A stretch of DNA of 64,000 bases from Oscillospiraceae bacterium (GTDB lineage: Bacteria; Bacillota; Clostridia; Oscillospirales; UBA929). Below the pieces are notes generated by a model. The model saw only the letters and a program-made list of their open reading frames with translations. It was not told where the DNA came from and did no database searches. Shown here piece after piece: positions 63,423 through 64,000 of the stretch. Position 1 is the stretch's first letter. Each line of letters starts with the position of its first letter. Where the stretch lies: assembly GCA_009782385.1 (NCBI GenBank), contig WRJE01000003.1, forward strand, positions 1,711-65,710. Reading direction: 5' to 3'. The position numbers were made by a program, and so were the translations under genes.

Positions 63423-63974
63423 TTACGGCGGGCGGCACCGCGACGCTGGCGCGGATCGCCTTTGCATGAATGAGAAGCCGTATTTGCGGAAGAAACGCCG
63501 AAGGGTATCGGACAGATCGTTGGAATCCAGAAGCCCCAAAACATAGGAATGGGCGCGCTGTTTTTGGCTGAGGAGCGCGCCGAGCATAAGTTCTTTGTGC
63601 GAGGCGATGCGGCCCCTCCAGTCGTATATAGTGGAGACGGCGATGCCGAATTGCCCGCAGATTTTCTCGACGGTATCCGCCCTCTCGAAATACGCGATCA
63701 GGGCGGCTAGGACAAAGAGCAGGCTGTATCTGCCGTAAGGTATGATGATGTCCGGGAGAAGCGCATGTGAAGTTTCGCAGGAGGCGCAGAAAAAGAGTTT
63801 GGGCCTGACTTCCGAGTCGATGATCCGGCCGTCTTCGTAGGATGTCAAGCCTCTGCCGTAGTCGCCGTTTTCAACAAGTTTGCCGACCGCGCCGCATTTG
63901 GGGCATGGCTCCCCCGAGTGTCTGAACGCACCCGTTGCCTCCTGAAATTTCTGCCTGTCGGATAATTCTTTCAA
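63423..63974 (-). CDS. DUF6431-like zinc-ribbon protein associated with this transposase family
   Basis: CPKCGA...FFCASCETSHALLPDIIIPYGRYSL. A TTG start at 63974 is assumed, and the true start could lie closer to the window edge. Confidence 0.6.
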   Translation of the reverse strand: MKELSDRQKFQEATGAFRHSGEPCPKCGAVGKLVENGDYGRGLTSYEDGRIIDSEVRPKLFFCASCETSHALLPDIIIPYGRYSLLFVLAALIAYFERADTVEKICGQFGIAVSTIYDWRGRIASHKELMLGALLSQKQRAHSYVLGLLDSNDLSDTLRRFFRKYGFSFMQRRSAPASRCRPP

Positions 63975-64000
63975 AAAAGACTTGCAAAGCGCTGTGAATA

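Larger units (their letters stand above)
60693..64000 (-). mobile_element. GC-rich transposon (DDE rve transposase + AAA+ ATPase, Tn552/TniAB/Mu-like module); one end inside the window, the other beyond 64000
   Basis: Terminal TGTAAACGACACGG at 60693, plus four direct AACGACA repeats. Four co-oriented genes (DUF6431-like, rve transposase, ExeA/TniB-like ATPase, small protein) are transcribed toward this end. Composition jumps sharply relative to the neighbouring cassette. Confidence 0.7.

Overview
This window looks like a moderately GC-rich Firmicutes/Clostridia-type chromosome from a flagellated spore-former (sleB is present). Taxonomy cannot be verified from here, and all GC statements are by eye, not computed.

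**Left part (0-7 kb)**
- A partial PAS-domain sensor gene.
- A HEPN/MNT pair.
- The origin-associated cluster rpmH-rnpA-yidD-yidC-jag.
- A mazEF module and an ogg-like glycosylase.

**7-20.5 kb, all on the minus strand**
- A GldA/F/G-like ABC transporter with DUF4340 and a metallophosphoesterase.
- A compact flagellar export and switch operon: flbD-fliM-fliY-cheY-fliO-fliP-fliQ-fliR-flhB.

**20.7-35.5 kb**
- A T-box leader in front of an AMP-dependent acyl-CoA ligase.
- TraX.
- An AT-rich trio: hydrolase, NUDIX and P-loop kinase.
- A WalRK-like two-component operon that carries a tryptophanase-like gene.
- nudF, serS and parB-parA, with a perfect parS site.
- sleB.

**35.6-42 kb**
- Flagellin with a sigma-D-type promoter.
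- A 600-bp gap holding a candidate type I toxin-antitoxin locus.
- A UPF0210/ACT pair and ymdB.

**42-57.9 kb**
- The complete S10-spc-alpha ribosomal protein cluster, from rpsJ to rplQ, including secY, adk, map, infA and rpoA.

**Right end (57.9-64 kb)**
- tRNA-Ser(GCU).
- An AT-rich four-gene cassette containing a GIY-YIG nuclease. This is the best candidate for an undescribed system.
- One end of a GC-rich DDE-transposase/AAA+ ATPase transposon that runs off the window.

**Repeat families**
- GC-rich hairpins flanked by TGTAGGG / CCCTACAG are dispersed through the intergenic regions.
- An AT-rich TTACAATTAACAGATAACA module occurs inside two operons.
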